Shown: one piece after another, positions 52,351 through 64,000 of the stretch
Position numbering within the stretch: the first letter of the stretch is position 1
How the letters are laid out: each line of letters opens with the position of its first letter
NCBI GenBank assembly: GCA_900617105.1
Contig: UYFQ01000098.1
Coordinates: forward strand, 62,001-126,000
Reading direction: 5' to 3'
DNA: 64,000 nt
DNA from: Hydrurus foetidus
Lineage: Eukaryota
Made by a program: the position numbers and the translations under genes
Notes under the pieces: model-generated
Database searches by the model: none
What the model was told of the DNA's origin: nothing
The model's input: only the letters and a program-made list of their open reading frames with translations

Positions 52351-54863
52351 TAATTGGTGTACAGTATGATGTGGCATATTGTAAGGGAGAGGGAATGAAT
52401 AGGTGAGTCAAGGAGGGAGGGGAGGACAAGAATGAGAAACAGTGTCTGTAGATGTGTGAATCAATAGAGTGTTTGCGCATATCCGGGATAGTCTCCGATA
52501 TCCAACGATTTGAGAGGGGAATTTGACGGGAGAGAGAAGGGGGTAAATCTCCGAACCCTGGGGTCTCAGCCGGATATCATATTGACGTTTGAAAGAGTAC
52601 TCTTATAGTAACATGATGTGCGAGATGTGTACTTCCGAATCACCTTGACAGCATCGTGTGCCAGCCAGCCAGTGTTTGCATCACACAGCAAAGGAATATA
52701 CAACTTGCTTTCATCGTAGTCCCCCTCTTTAAAAGTCCCGTTCTTTTTTGCATTTTCGCAAGCATTTCGGAGGCTCTTTGTTTTTTCGTCCAAAATTTTC
52801 CGTACTGCTCGAATACGTAAAATATCATCTTGTGCATTTCCTCCAACTTTTAACTGAAACTTTCTGTATCCCGCTTCTATGTATTGCTCTACCATATTTG
52901 CCATTTCATCTGCTGTGCCTTGAGATATTGCTCGATATAATAAAAAATTATCACCTGTATGTGAACGCGAAATTGTGTTGTGAATTGGGAGAAAGAAAAT
53001 GAAATTGAAACTAAATATGATTTTAGGTACTCTTCTAACATAAAACAACGAGTGGCAAAAAAGAGAAAATTTGCAGTGGAAAAAAAACGAGAATACTCGT
53101 TACTCAATGTGATATTTGTCGAAAATAGAAAACAGCTCTCACCATATCTCCCTCCTAGTAATTCGCACACAGGCAGACCCGAGACCTTTCCTAGAATGTC
53201 CCAACAAGCCACATCTAAAAAAGAAAACAGATTTCAAGAATAATGGAGAGAGTGCATTGAGAATAGTCAGAATGGATGTTAAGAATGGTGGTGAGAATGT
53301 GTCGAAAAACGGATATGAAAGTTGCTGTGAAGTGGAAGATAGCGGGAGTGCAGTAAAAACGAAGAGCACAGTGAAGGAAGGTGGAGTAAAGAAAAATGAA
53401 GTGAAGAAGTAAAATGAAGTGAAGAAGTAAAATGAAGAATGCTATAATCTAGCGAAGTAAAGTAAAGTATAGTACAGTATAACAAAGTAAGACAAAGTGA
53501 AATGAATTATTTTGACAGGAAGAAAGGGCAACGCAAATTCAAAAAAATAGTAATGTAAAGAAAAAAGGCAGAGTTTTGTTGGTAAAGAATGAGGACCGAG
53601 TGTGGCGAAGTGGAAGAGAAAACAGCAATAAATACAGAAATAAAGAAGTAAATATAATGAGTTTGATGCAGAAGCGTTTGTACAATGTTCGTACGTACCA
53701 ATGGCAGATTTAACGTACGGGTGACCCCTCAGTGCTTTATCCATGACGGTGTTCAAATTGTTCAAGTTTATAGGGTTGAGTCCAATTACGTGCTTGCCAA
53801 CAACACCCAATCCTGATAAAAGAAATTAAGTGGAATTGAGTGAAATTGGGTAAAATGGAATGGGGTAGGATAAGGTTCTTGTGGAGGAAGATGAGGTTAC
53901 GTATTGAAGAGTTAAATATGGAATAGTGAGGTGTACAGAGAACAAAACAGAGAAAAATAGAATTGATATTAGGAGTTGTGAAATGGATAGGAAGATGCGT
54001 AGAATTCAAAAGCAAACTCCCTCTTATGAAGCACTGACATTACTGACACAAAGTGGCAGCACATATCATCGGAATGAGACATTCTCGTACGTACGTACAT
54101 ACCTGCTCTAACTCCTTCTGCATAGGCGGGTAAATAATTTGGACCTAAAATAGATCCGACAGTCGGTACCAAAGTACGTCAATGCAATGTGTCAGATTAT
54201 TTTGATATTTTGATATTATTACTTGCTATTTTGATGCATTGAGAACTACTTGCAGAAATTTTTTCAATTCATAAAGTTACCTAATGGTGTGCTTTCTCCG
54301 TGACCGATTATTCCTAAGAAAAAGGAGTAGAGGTAGATGGAATTCTGGTCACTATGACAATCGCGCATCTTGATTCTATTATGCTGAAAGTTATACTACA
54401 GCACCGTATTTACTGTAGCGTGTTCTGATCGGACGAACAACATGTTTCAACTCTGGGATAGTTGCTAGAATAAAGGGCAATCTGCTCTTTAACAGGAGGT
54501 TTTGCACTATAAAAATGTCTGGTCTTACCGTAATTCGTTTCCACTCTTACAACAGTAGCATCAAATGCCGAGATCGATTTCCCATCCGCCCACTTGTACG
54601 AACCTTCAGTAAAAATAATTTTTTGGCAGTGTTGGCATGGAACAATGGCAACTCTTGCATCAAAGGAACATCGCAGGCTTGTCAAGGATCGGTATCGGAA
54701 AAATGGCATTACTAACTGCAAATTTGATAACTTCTTTGCAATATTTGGGATCTCTACCTTCATGAAGAGGAAGGTCCACCTGATACGCGCTAATTCGAGT
54801 AATTTTCAGGTCCGTAAAGTCTGTCAACTTCCTCACTTGAGAAAAAATGCGCGACTGTCTCAT
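50076..54863 (-). CDS. Enolase-superfamily (MLE subgroup) enzyme, cis-3-hydroxy-L-proline dehydratase / hydroxyproline-betaine epimerase-like
   Basis: 13 exons splice in frame: [25 protein letters not shown]...[18 protein letters not shown]...[22 protein letters not shown]...LYRAISQ...[11 protein letters not shown]...DANTGW...DVYIEQPC...LDE...[14 protein letters not shown]...IEDTWGGDIVTA...TDFNSYG...PGLG. The metal ligands (D/E/D) and both catalytic Lys are present. Confidence 0.9.
52465..52603 (-). mobile_element. hAT-like MITE family B, copy 2 (intronic)
   Basis: The reverse complement reads AAACGTCAATATGATATCCGGCTGAGACCCCAGGGTTCGGAGATTTACCCCC...TATGCGCAAACACTCTA, homologous to 42013-42158; one TIR is decayed. 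Confidence 0.6.
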
Positions 54864-55219
54864 TTTCTAGGAACCAACAGCAAATATCGAGGGTTTTCCC
54901 TGGTGATGATGATGCCTTGACGAAGTGAGATGAGAACATTCAGAGATTGATCAGATGGGTGAGGGGTGAAGAAAGAAACAACAGTACACAGGAAACGAAC
55001 AACTTCTTCGAGTTTCACAAAATACAAAATACAAAATACAATATTTTGTATTTTAAAAGGCATCGTTGGATTGACTGATCAACATCGAACATCGATGCAA
55101 TATTTATCATTATCATAACGAAGCATCACAATCGGCGTCTTGCACAACAGGTTTAAAACCTGAGAATTAAAAAGTGAAGCCAATTTCCCTCGATTACGAG
55201 AACAAGACCCCACAAAGTG

Positions 55220-56390
55220 ATGGGTTTGACGTTAATTCGGCAAGCCCTCTTCACTTGCTTCACTCTATCAACAGTATTACAGGCATTTATCAGAGTTCCC
55301 AAATTGAGTTCTACTGGGGTGAGATTTTTATCAATGAAATCTGCAACAGAAAAATTCTTCGTCCTCGGATCGGGTTCATTCACGAGGAAACTGATCTTAA
55401 CGAATGCAGGTTCAATAGAGAACTTCAGCTTAATCTAATCAATTGACGAATGTAAAATCCAAGTCGATGACCGGACGTCACTAAAAGCGATTCAATGTCT
55501 TGTCATCAGGATACACGTTCAGCATCGTGAAAGCAGACATCGATGAATATGCCATAGGTGAAGTTAAATTAGCTTGACGTGATTCTCGTATCGATAATGG
55601 CTTGAAAAAACACATTCAGGACTATTCTTTCCTGACCGTGAAAGCATGAAGCTCAAAGGCATTCAGTCAAGTCTTTAGAATAATTTGTAATATATCCGCA
55701 AACTCACTAGGAAATCGGAAGGATGCCTCACTTGTTTCCGATCTCGTCTTACTGCTTGCTAATGCAAAAGCCGATGCAATTATCTCCAGCGACAAAATAC
55801 CACCCAATATGAGCCATGAAATCCTCCTGACTGCAGATCAAGTGGTGGTTTACAACAACAGAATTCTCGAGAAACCAAAGGATAAAAAAGAAGCACAATC
55901 ATTTATCGAGGGATACGGAACATTGCCGTGTAGCACAGTTGGAAGCATTGTTCTCACAGATTTGAGGACTAAAAAAAGAGCGCAAGGTGTGGATACGTGT
56001 AACATTTATTTTGATCCTATCCCGGATAACATTATTCAGCAGCTTTTGGACGAAGGTGAGAAAAGTGAAAAGAGAGAAGTTAGTTTGATTTGGACTGAGA
56101 CACATTTCCTATTCTTTTTTTATTGTATTACAGTCAGTTTTCTATTCTTTGCATCTTCAATTCGTTGGTTAAGTTTGATCCCTGCATATTTCTTTGTCTT
56201 TTTCGTCAGTTGATAGAATTGTCGCATATACGTTTCCGTAGGTGAAGTACTTAATTGCGCGGGTGGGCTGATGGTTGAACATCCGCTAGTGCTGCCGTAC
56301 CGGCGGAAAATAGAAGGAACGGAGGAATCTGTTATGGGATTGTCTGTAGATCTCCTCCACTCTCTTCTCACAGAATTGAGGTTGGAGTAG
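55220..56390 (+). CDS. Maf-family nucleoside triphosphate pyrophosphatase, probably plastid-targeted
   Basis: Four exons (55220-~55409, ~55510-55557, ~55712-56055, ~56242-56390): VLGSGSFTRKLIL...ADIDEYAIG...ANAKA...LLTADQVV...ILEKP...CAGGLMVEHP...IEGTEESVMGL; N-terminal signal ending VLQA-F. Confidence 0.92.
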
Positions 56391-57201
56391 TGCAGCTGCC
56401 TCCCATACTAAAATCATTTTTTAAATGCATTGAAAAGAAGTTCTACGCTAAAAAAAAGGTCACAAAATTTGAAATAATTTTAGCACCTGCTTCCAAGAAT
56501 GAATGAAAATTATTCAGTGGTAGTAATCATTCAACACAGGAGCCGCTTAAGTCACAGATAAAAAATAAAATACTTGGACAGTTCACTAAAATCTCACCGT
56601 GCTGAAGTGTCGTGTCGCACATTACGTCCGTTCCCAAGCACACAGTAAAGTTTGGGGGGACAGACAGAAGGACGGAGAGGAGATTTCTCACTTCTTCGGT
56701 CATCGAGGTCTCTCTAGAGCGCATTATCTTTTGACCATTGCTACTTGCTGCATTTCCAGTAATAGATACGTAGGAGTTCTATGGAAGTCATCATTCGAGA
56801 GAAGAAATTACTCCTGTAGTGGAAGGCTGTAAAGGGGCAGAAATCGGGGCCTCTGAAAGAGAAATTTGATCGTGTACATATAATCCACGTTATTCGAAGA
56901 GCTCAATATCGAGACACTCCAGCTGAATTTGAAAAAAATCATCTTGTCCTTCGACATTAGACTGCATCGGTGACTAAAGGGTGTCTATCTGCACTACCGA
57001 CTCTTGATTACGAATATCTTAAACCTAAACAGCGATATTGATCAAATCAAATCCAACGAGATAACTAGCAACACTTCGTTTCACAACGATTGAAATAGAC
57101 GGCATACTTGCTCGGAGTAAATCATCATCAGTAATTCAAACAACTTTGATGAAAAAATAGACTTCAACAAGTGATCGTAGCTTTTCTGACGTTGCTTTAT
57201 C

Positions 57202-60200
57202 ATGCAAAGAATGTTGAATGTAGCGAAGAGAGGAATAGGGGGTGTTGGTAACGTGATTACCACAATCAAAACTGCAGCTGTCGACTTGGTAAGCGAATCA
57301 GCATCATCTTATGACATGTACAAAGTGTACTGATCGATTGCAATGGTTTAAATCCAGGTATTTACGCCGGAGGCACCAGTCGTCAGAAAACCTTCTGAAG
57401 AGCTGATGTTCTTGTTCCGATCAGTGTGCGCCATATTTGATGATCTTACTGATAGGAACAATGCAGGTATACTTCATTTCCTATGAATATTCAGAACGCA
57501 TTTCTGCCAGCAATTTCGTCATATTTCGTGACACAGTATAAGCACATTCTCCTGTAAAATGCGAAGCACTAAATATTGAACATGATGCGTCTTGCTGTGT
57601 TTCTTGCTAGTCCCTGACTAAAAACGATATTTCAGTGGGGAAGAGTCTTATGTCACTGTTTAATGACTGATTCATGATGATGCATATTGCATATTGATTT
57701 TCGTGTTATATCATACATGATATAATATTATCCGAAATTTTCAACTGAACAAAAACAATTTCTCGATTTGTTTTTTTACTCAGATTCATACGAAGTTGAA
57801 AAAGAATTTTCCCAATCAAAAATAAAAGAATATCTCAGAGAAATGATTAGCATATTAAAATCAGACACAGATACATTAAGTGAGGGACTGTATATGGCAG
57901 ACTTAAATGATGACTTAGGATCGTGTTTCGACTATTTTATACAGTTTCATATGGTACGGGAATTCTGTATACGAGCTATAAAAGACACTCCCAGAGGATT
58001 TCTACCATTAATTCTGAATTTCATGGCGTCAGTATTTCAGAATGTGACCTATCCTCTCCTTCCCCAAGTGTCTATACACAAAGCCGTAGCGAATTTATTG
58101 TTTTTTTCGTATCATTACGAATCTTTGCAATTGAAAGAGTCCAAGGTCCTTCACGTAGGCCCTTTAGGGGAACTTTCTCCGGAATGGATTTATCGAAGAA
58201 ATCAAACTTCAGCTAATTCATATCAGAGAAGAATTGGTACGTACGTACTTTTGTTTTTTAAAATTGTCTTTTTACATGGAATTACATGAACTTTATTTTC
58301 ATTAATACTTGTACGATATGATTTTAAACTCATTTCCCTTCTTTTTTATTATTTTACAGATATAGGGTTGATGAGACTGGTCGGAGTTATTTGGTCGAAA
58401 ATCACAGAAAATCCTACTGTACTTGATTTCTTTTCCGTATTTGATACAAGGTAAGAAAAAGGGAAAAAATGTTGATTAGGTGTTCTTTATAATGACCATA
58501 TTATATTGCCTTTTTTTGCCGCAAAATTTTGTGATTGTAATAAGTTTGGAGCACTGTTAATAATCGCAAAGTTATTCCAATCACAATTAAACGGATAATC
58601 CGTAATTATTGCGATTTTTTGATTTTTAAAGTTGCTCTTTATTTTCTACGTGAGAAATTCTTTACGTTAGAAGTAAACTTTAAGTATTTCATTTTTTTCA
58701 TTCTCAAAATAAAAAGTGTAGTATTACAAATAGAAGATGGAACATTTATTGCATCCTCGAATAGAAACACTCTTCTTCTGCTGTACCACTTATTATCTAT
58801 TTAACATCCTAAACACAATAATTTACGAACTGCTTAGACCTAATTAATGTCGTACTAAATTCAGGAGTGCTCTAGCCATTTCTCAAAGTAACCGTCCGTG
58901 CGTCCCTCCTCAAATAGACGTACTGTCCGCTCCCGTACGATTGCTGCACGATGCACATGTAAGACTTGAAATTTATTTGAGATAAATCATTGTTTGTATT
59001 TACCATTTCGTCTTTTTCGCGTACGTATCCGCATATGCTCCACGTGTACACGCACAAGCGAAAGAGCTGTGCTGCAAAACCTATAATTACCCACGGTCTT
59101 ACACAGCTTTTTATTAGAAAACCGAGAATTGAAATCAAATATTTATTATCATTCTCAGGCTGGTATCGCTGCGAAAGAGTGTATATTACGTGCACTATCT
59201 TTGTCCGATTCTCGATGTTACTCGTATTTAGCAAATAATACGGATTTCGTGAATATACTGATATCGGAAATCGTTAAGTGGTTTTCCTTAACTCTTCAAA
59301 ACTGTTCAGATCCGTTAAATCTGAAAACGAAAAACACAAATAACGAATCTCAATATAATTCGATGCATCAAAATCAAAAGAACATTCCTGGGAAAACAAA
59401 TTCAGGCACTAAATTTCACACAACTTCTAAAAGTGCTGCAGACTTTTTGCGGTCAAATTCGTTCAGTGTCATTACTCCCGTAAAATTGAAATTATTCGGT
59501 GATAGAGAAAGAAAAGAAAAAAGCAGAGAACAAGGTAGAGAACAAGGTAGAGAAGAGGTAGAGGTGGATGAGGGAGAAGACAGAATAACTCCGTTACGGT
59601 CCTATGCACTGACCAGCGCTTCCAAATACATCGCATCGAAAACACCCTCAATTTCTATTCCGCATTTACCCTCTATTCCAACATTCACTTCTAAAAGCGC
59701 ACCGTTCTCAGCGTCAATCAAACCCTCTCCCTCTTCTCAACCTTCTCCTCCTCTTCCTTCTCTCCCGCCAGTCGAACAGGAATCCGTAGAATCTCCATTA
59801 GGTAAGAAAACACGGTTTCTGTTTTTCCTCAGAACTTTTCTGTGGTAGAATTGAATAAAATTAGTTTTATCATTTCAATAAATCGACAATATGATATGAC
59901 TTTCTTCACTATTGGATATTCAATGCCGATAGTTTCCTGATGAAAGAACATTTAGTGGGGTGCATTTTTTGTCAAATATTTATGTGACTGCTCAGTTCCT
60001 AGTTTTGTGTATCAAATAAACATTTAATCACTTTGCTGAGTGCGATGTCAGATCTATTTTGATCTGCTCAACTCCTCCAATACATCCATATCGCTCGTAT
60101 TCCATTGCTTGATTTCCCACAGTCTTCTGACGATCTTTCTTCTTTTATTTTTTATTTCTTTTTCAACAGTTTTATTTTTGAGAGCAGTAAGATTCTTAGA

Positions 60201-62871
60201 CTCCGTAGTTGAAATTTGTCATGCGGAAAAAAAGAAAAGCAATCAAAATGAGAAAAAAAGAAAATTCACCGAGGAACAAAGTAAAAAAATTAAAAAAAAG
60301 GCAAATTATACAAATCGTTCTCAATCATCAAATACGGAAATAAATATCACTGATGGTAGCGATGTAAAAAAAGAACACATGGAAGATAAAAATGAAAATG
60401 AAAATGAAAATAAAAATGCAACTCACAAAAAAGTCGAAAGTAAGAACGATGATGATAATGACGATGAAATAGATATATTATCGCGACTAGTAAAATCGTA
60501 CCAAAAAGACTTTCTAGAAACGCACGTACGTACAGCTTTATTCGCCACTGGAGAAATGCATTCTTTGGCAGCTTTTTCCGTTACAAGAATCTTACTGTTA
60601 GAACTACGGAAATCAAGCAGAAAAGGTATTTTAGTCAATGTCACAACAGCATTTTTCGGTAATGGAAAAGAAAACGAAAAGGAATTTGGGACGAATGAAA
60701 ATACAATTGATACTGATGTGGAACATAAAAGCAATAACAGCAATAATGATGATTTAATATCTCTAATAATTTCAAAAGGAAAATCGCCAAATAAAGATTT
60801 GTCAGTTTCTTCCTCATTATTAATTTCTTGCATTATGAAGACATCATCGCTCAGTCAAGCACTCACTATACTAAATATATCGAAGTTCAAAAAATCCTCA
60901 ATAATCCCCCTAAAAAATGTCGAAAATAGCGGTAATATCTCAGTAGCTGCTGATATCAAGCCTGATATCACAGATCTGACAAAAAACACGACTGAGCAAA
61001 ATGATAACAACAATCTTGAAGTTCAGAGCGACAGAGAAATATATTTTGAAAATGTAAATGATGAAAGTACAGACAAAAGTGACAACGATAGTTTGGAGCA
61101 AAAGGATGAAACATTAAATCAAACGGAATCATTGAAAGAATACAATTATGTAAACCTAAATAATGCAAATAGCATCAAAAATTGGGAAAATGTAGAATTT
61201 GAACCTATTGATGAATATTTGATGCGATTGTGTATTGTAATATTTGAAGGAGATAAAAAAGAATTTGAAAATATTTTGAACACGGAAAAGAAAATTGACG
61301 CGCCAAATTTTGAATTTTTGGAATCTGTGTCAACTGAAAGTGGAAACATCTCTATTTCTAATAAAAGCAAAAACGAAATTGAGTTGGAAACTGAAAATGC
61401 AATTGAAGATAAAATCGAAAATGATATTAAAAATGAGAAAATAAAAGAAATTTCAGTGGATCACGACAAAAAGTTTTTTTCCAAATATACAGACATTGCG
61501 TGCGGAGTTATTATTGGCAAGCTGTCCGTCTGTCTCTCCTCTTTGCTGTACTTAGATGACGGTAATGATTGCGATGATGTGGCAGACGACACTAAATGTG
61601 ATGAATTGCGTACCAAATCAAGTAATGGTGAGGCAAAAATTGAGAAAAACGAAGACCGAGACTGTGGTATAGTGAGTCATAAAACAGATGAAACCGTCGT
61701 CAGTGATAATCGCGCTTATGAACATTCAAGAATTAGTCGGGCATTCACTAATTCTCGACAAGCAGTTAACATTCGTGAGAGTCTCGTACTAGATTTCGTT
61801 CTTCAGAAATTGTCCGTTTTTTTGAATTTAAAATATGAAGAGCAAATTTCTTTAACAGGTTTAGTCCGTCATTGTATACTTTCATTATGCGCGTTCTTGG
61901 TCCAAAAAAGTTTCAAGAACAGCAGTGAAAATAGAGGTACAAAAAAGTGCGACATGAATTGTGATGAAAATAATGAGATAAAATTGAATGAAGGTTCAGA
62001 CAATGCAAATTCAACATTCAGGATGAGCCAATCTGAGAAAAAAAATGAAAAAGATATTTTACAGTTTTTAGTTAATGTTTTAGAATTAACATCATCTATT
62101 AAAAAGGAATTGAAAATTCCCTTGGATGGTATTTTTGAGCATGCCAGAAAAATAAAAATGATTGAAGATACTCTGTGTGTAAGTGTAGCAAATATAGATA
62201 TTAATGACATTAAAAAATCGATGAGGAATAATAATAGCAGTTTTGATAAAAATGGTATAAATGATAGTGAAGAGATTAAGAATAATACCGTAATTGGCCG
62301 GGAATATCTCCTGTCTCATATCTGCAGCGAATCAAATTCAACGCCATTACAATCCAAGCAAAACAAAAAGATTCTATTGAGCGCAGTGATAATAAATGAA
62401 TTTCTCAAAGAAACAGTCGGCGCAATTTTTGCCACGAAGAAAATGAAATTTTCGGTATTTAATGCGTACAAATTTTCAAAATCTGTGAATATGTCTGGCG
62501 AAAACACGAAATTTGGTGACGGATTTCTAAAAGAAAATTGGGAAGAAGAATCTGATTTGGACGAAAAAAAGTTTTCTGATTCAGCAACTGTTCAGATGGA
62601 CAGTTTTAATGATGAGAATTTGACAGATAATTGCATGGACGATTTCAGTGAATCTGACATAACGGAAAATACTAAACTAAGAGAATACGAGAATGCATCT
62701 GTTTTGAAAATTTTAACTAATTTTGGCGAAGAAAAATATAGTGCCGATTTCTTAAAGTCAACTTCGCCCTACGCGAAATCGAAGAATTGTTTTGATAGCA
62801 ATATTAATGAGTCAGATTTTTTGTCAGAATACTATTCTTTGGAAAAAGAACTCTCTGACTTAAATTCTTAA
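57202..62871 (+). CDS. FHF complex subunit FHIP / FAM160 (RAI16-like) family protein
   Basis: Exons 57202-~57288, ~57358-57466, ~57784-58236, ~58360-58450, ~58865-58958, ~59159-59801, ~60170-62871. LREMISIL...GSCFDYFIQFHMV...DTPRGF...YPLLPQVSIHKAVANLL...VIWSKITENPTVLDFF resembles the FAM160 N-terminal domain; the C-terminal ISLTGLV and AVIINEFLKE motifs also fit. Confidence 0.75.
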
Positions 62872-64000
62872 ATCTGTGACAATGTATTTAGTATAGCTAT
62901 CAACGGTTTTCACTCTCAAGATAAATATTTACTAATCCTTTGATTTCAGATTTCTGTGACTCGTTTGTCTAGAATATAACCAGCGTTTTACCGGCAGGCT
63001 CGATTGAAATCACGTTATGTTTCTTTTTTTTTGTTTTCATTTGTTTAGTCACATACAAGTCTATTTTCCGAAATATTTTCAATAAATTAATGAATATTTC
63101 ATATCGCATCTTTTGCAAGGAAGTAGTCCTCAATTATTTTGATGTGCAGTACAGCGTTTGGTGCGAGTGGCTACATCACGGCTAAAAAAATCAAAAAATT
63201 CGGGGTGAGAAAAAATAAAACACGAAAAATAGTTAGTCCCTACTGACGTCCGTACAGAGAGACAGCCTTCGTACGTACGGAAGTTGTAGTACCGTCGAGT
63301 GCCATACATTTGGATTCTGGAGTTTTCCGTTTTTTCCAAAAAAGGCCAAAATATGGTCATTTTTGGACATCTCAAGAATATCAACGAAGCCCAACTTAAC
63401 TTTCTTCTATGATATTCAAGATGGGCTCTGTTCGCACATGATCTGCTACGTAGGTCGTGCAACTGTTGCGCGCTTCAGCAGCATTTGGTGTCTGAAATCG
63501 TCCATTTCGTGGTGGAAACGGTGATTTTGACCGGCATCAAATACTTTCGACCCGAAAGTTTTCAGTGATTTTTGTTGATGTCCCAGTTGAAGAGCACACC
63601 AAGAGTGAAATGAATGGGCGTATTTCACGATTGTTGGAATTAAATTATGGGAGAAGTGATTGACTATCTGTTGATTCAAATGACAATGTTTGTAAATGAT
63701 AAATTGCGTACAATGTGAAGTTATATCTGAACTACCATCTAAAGTAGTTATGTACTGCATATGTCGTGCGTACGTTAATCAACACACCCTCTCAAACATG
63801 TGAGTTTGTCAACGGGTAGGTGTAATTTGCGCTTTATCTCAGCGTGTTCTGACGCAGCTGGACAGTATTGCTGGGCTGTAATCGATTGGCCCGCGGTTCG
63901 GACCTCCATACTTCGTGTACGTCCGGTGTCGGCCGGAAGGTGAATCCCACGAAGTGCCGCTGGTTAGAATGCCTCGTCGGGTTCGTAATCAAAGCGGACG

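Noticed and set aside
50076..54863. Bacterial contamination
   Set aside because: The gene has 12 canonical introns, a host MITE and microsatellites, and eukaryotic neighbours.

Overview
This is intron-rich, AT-rich eukaryotic nuclear DNA. It is most likely from a flagellated, plastid-bearing stramenopile (ochrophyte, possibly a chrysophyte), inferred from a CCDC39 axonemal gene and signal peptide + 'AF' bipartite targeting sequences. I reconstructed about 12 genes by splicing by eye: CCDC39 (partial), exosome RRP45, a small plastid-targeted membrane protein, a pheophytinase/CLD1-like alpha/beta hydrolase, an orphan secreted Cys-cluster protein, NOXRED1-like, an unusual GLE1 (N-terminal TM helix plus two GLE1-like domains), PurK-PurE ADE2, a ~21-kb PHD/TFIIS-M/SPOC/SURP gene, a bacterial-type cis-3-hydroxy-L-proline dehydratase-like enolase with 12 introns, a Maf pyrophosphatase and FHIP/FAM160. 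Non-coding features are several MITEs (two hAT-like families with approximate 8-bp TSDs), a 1.55-kb intronic array of a 38-nt unit with variable (GTCA)n spacers, large intronic pyrimidine microsatellites, and 7-bp-period tandem repeats of unrelated sequence in most promoter regions. All homology calls come from remembered family motifs, not database searches.
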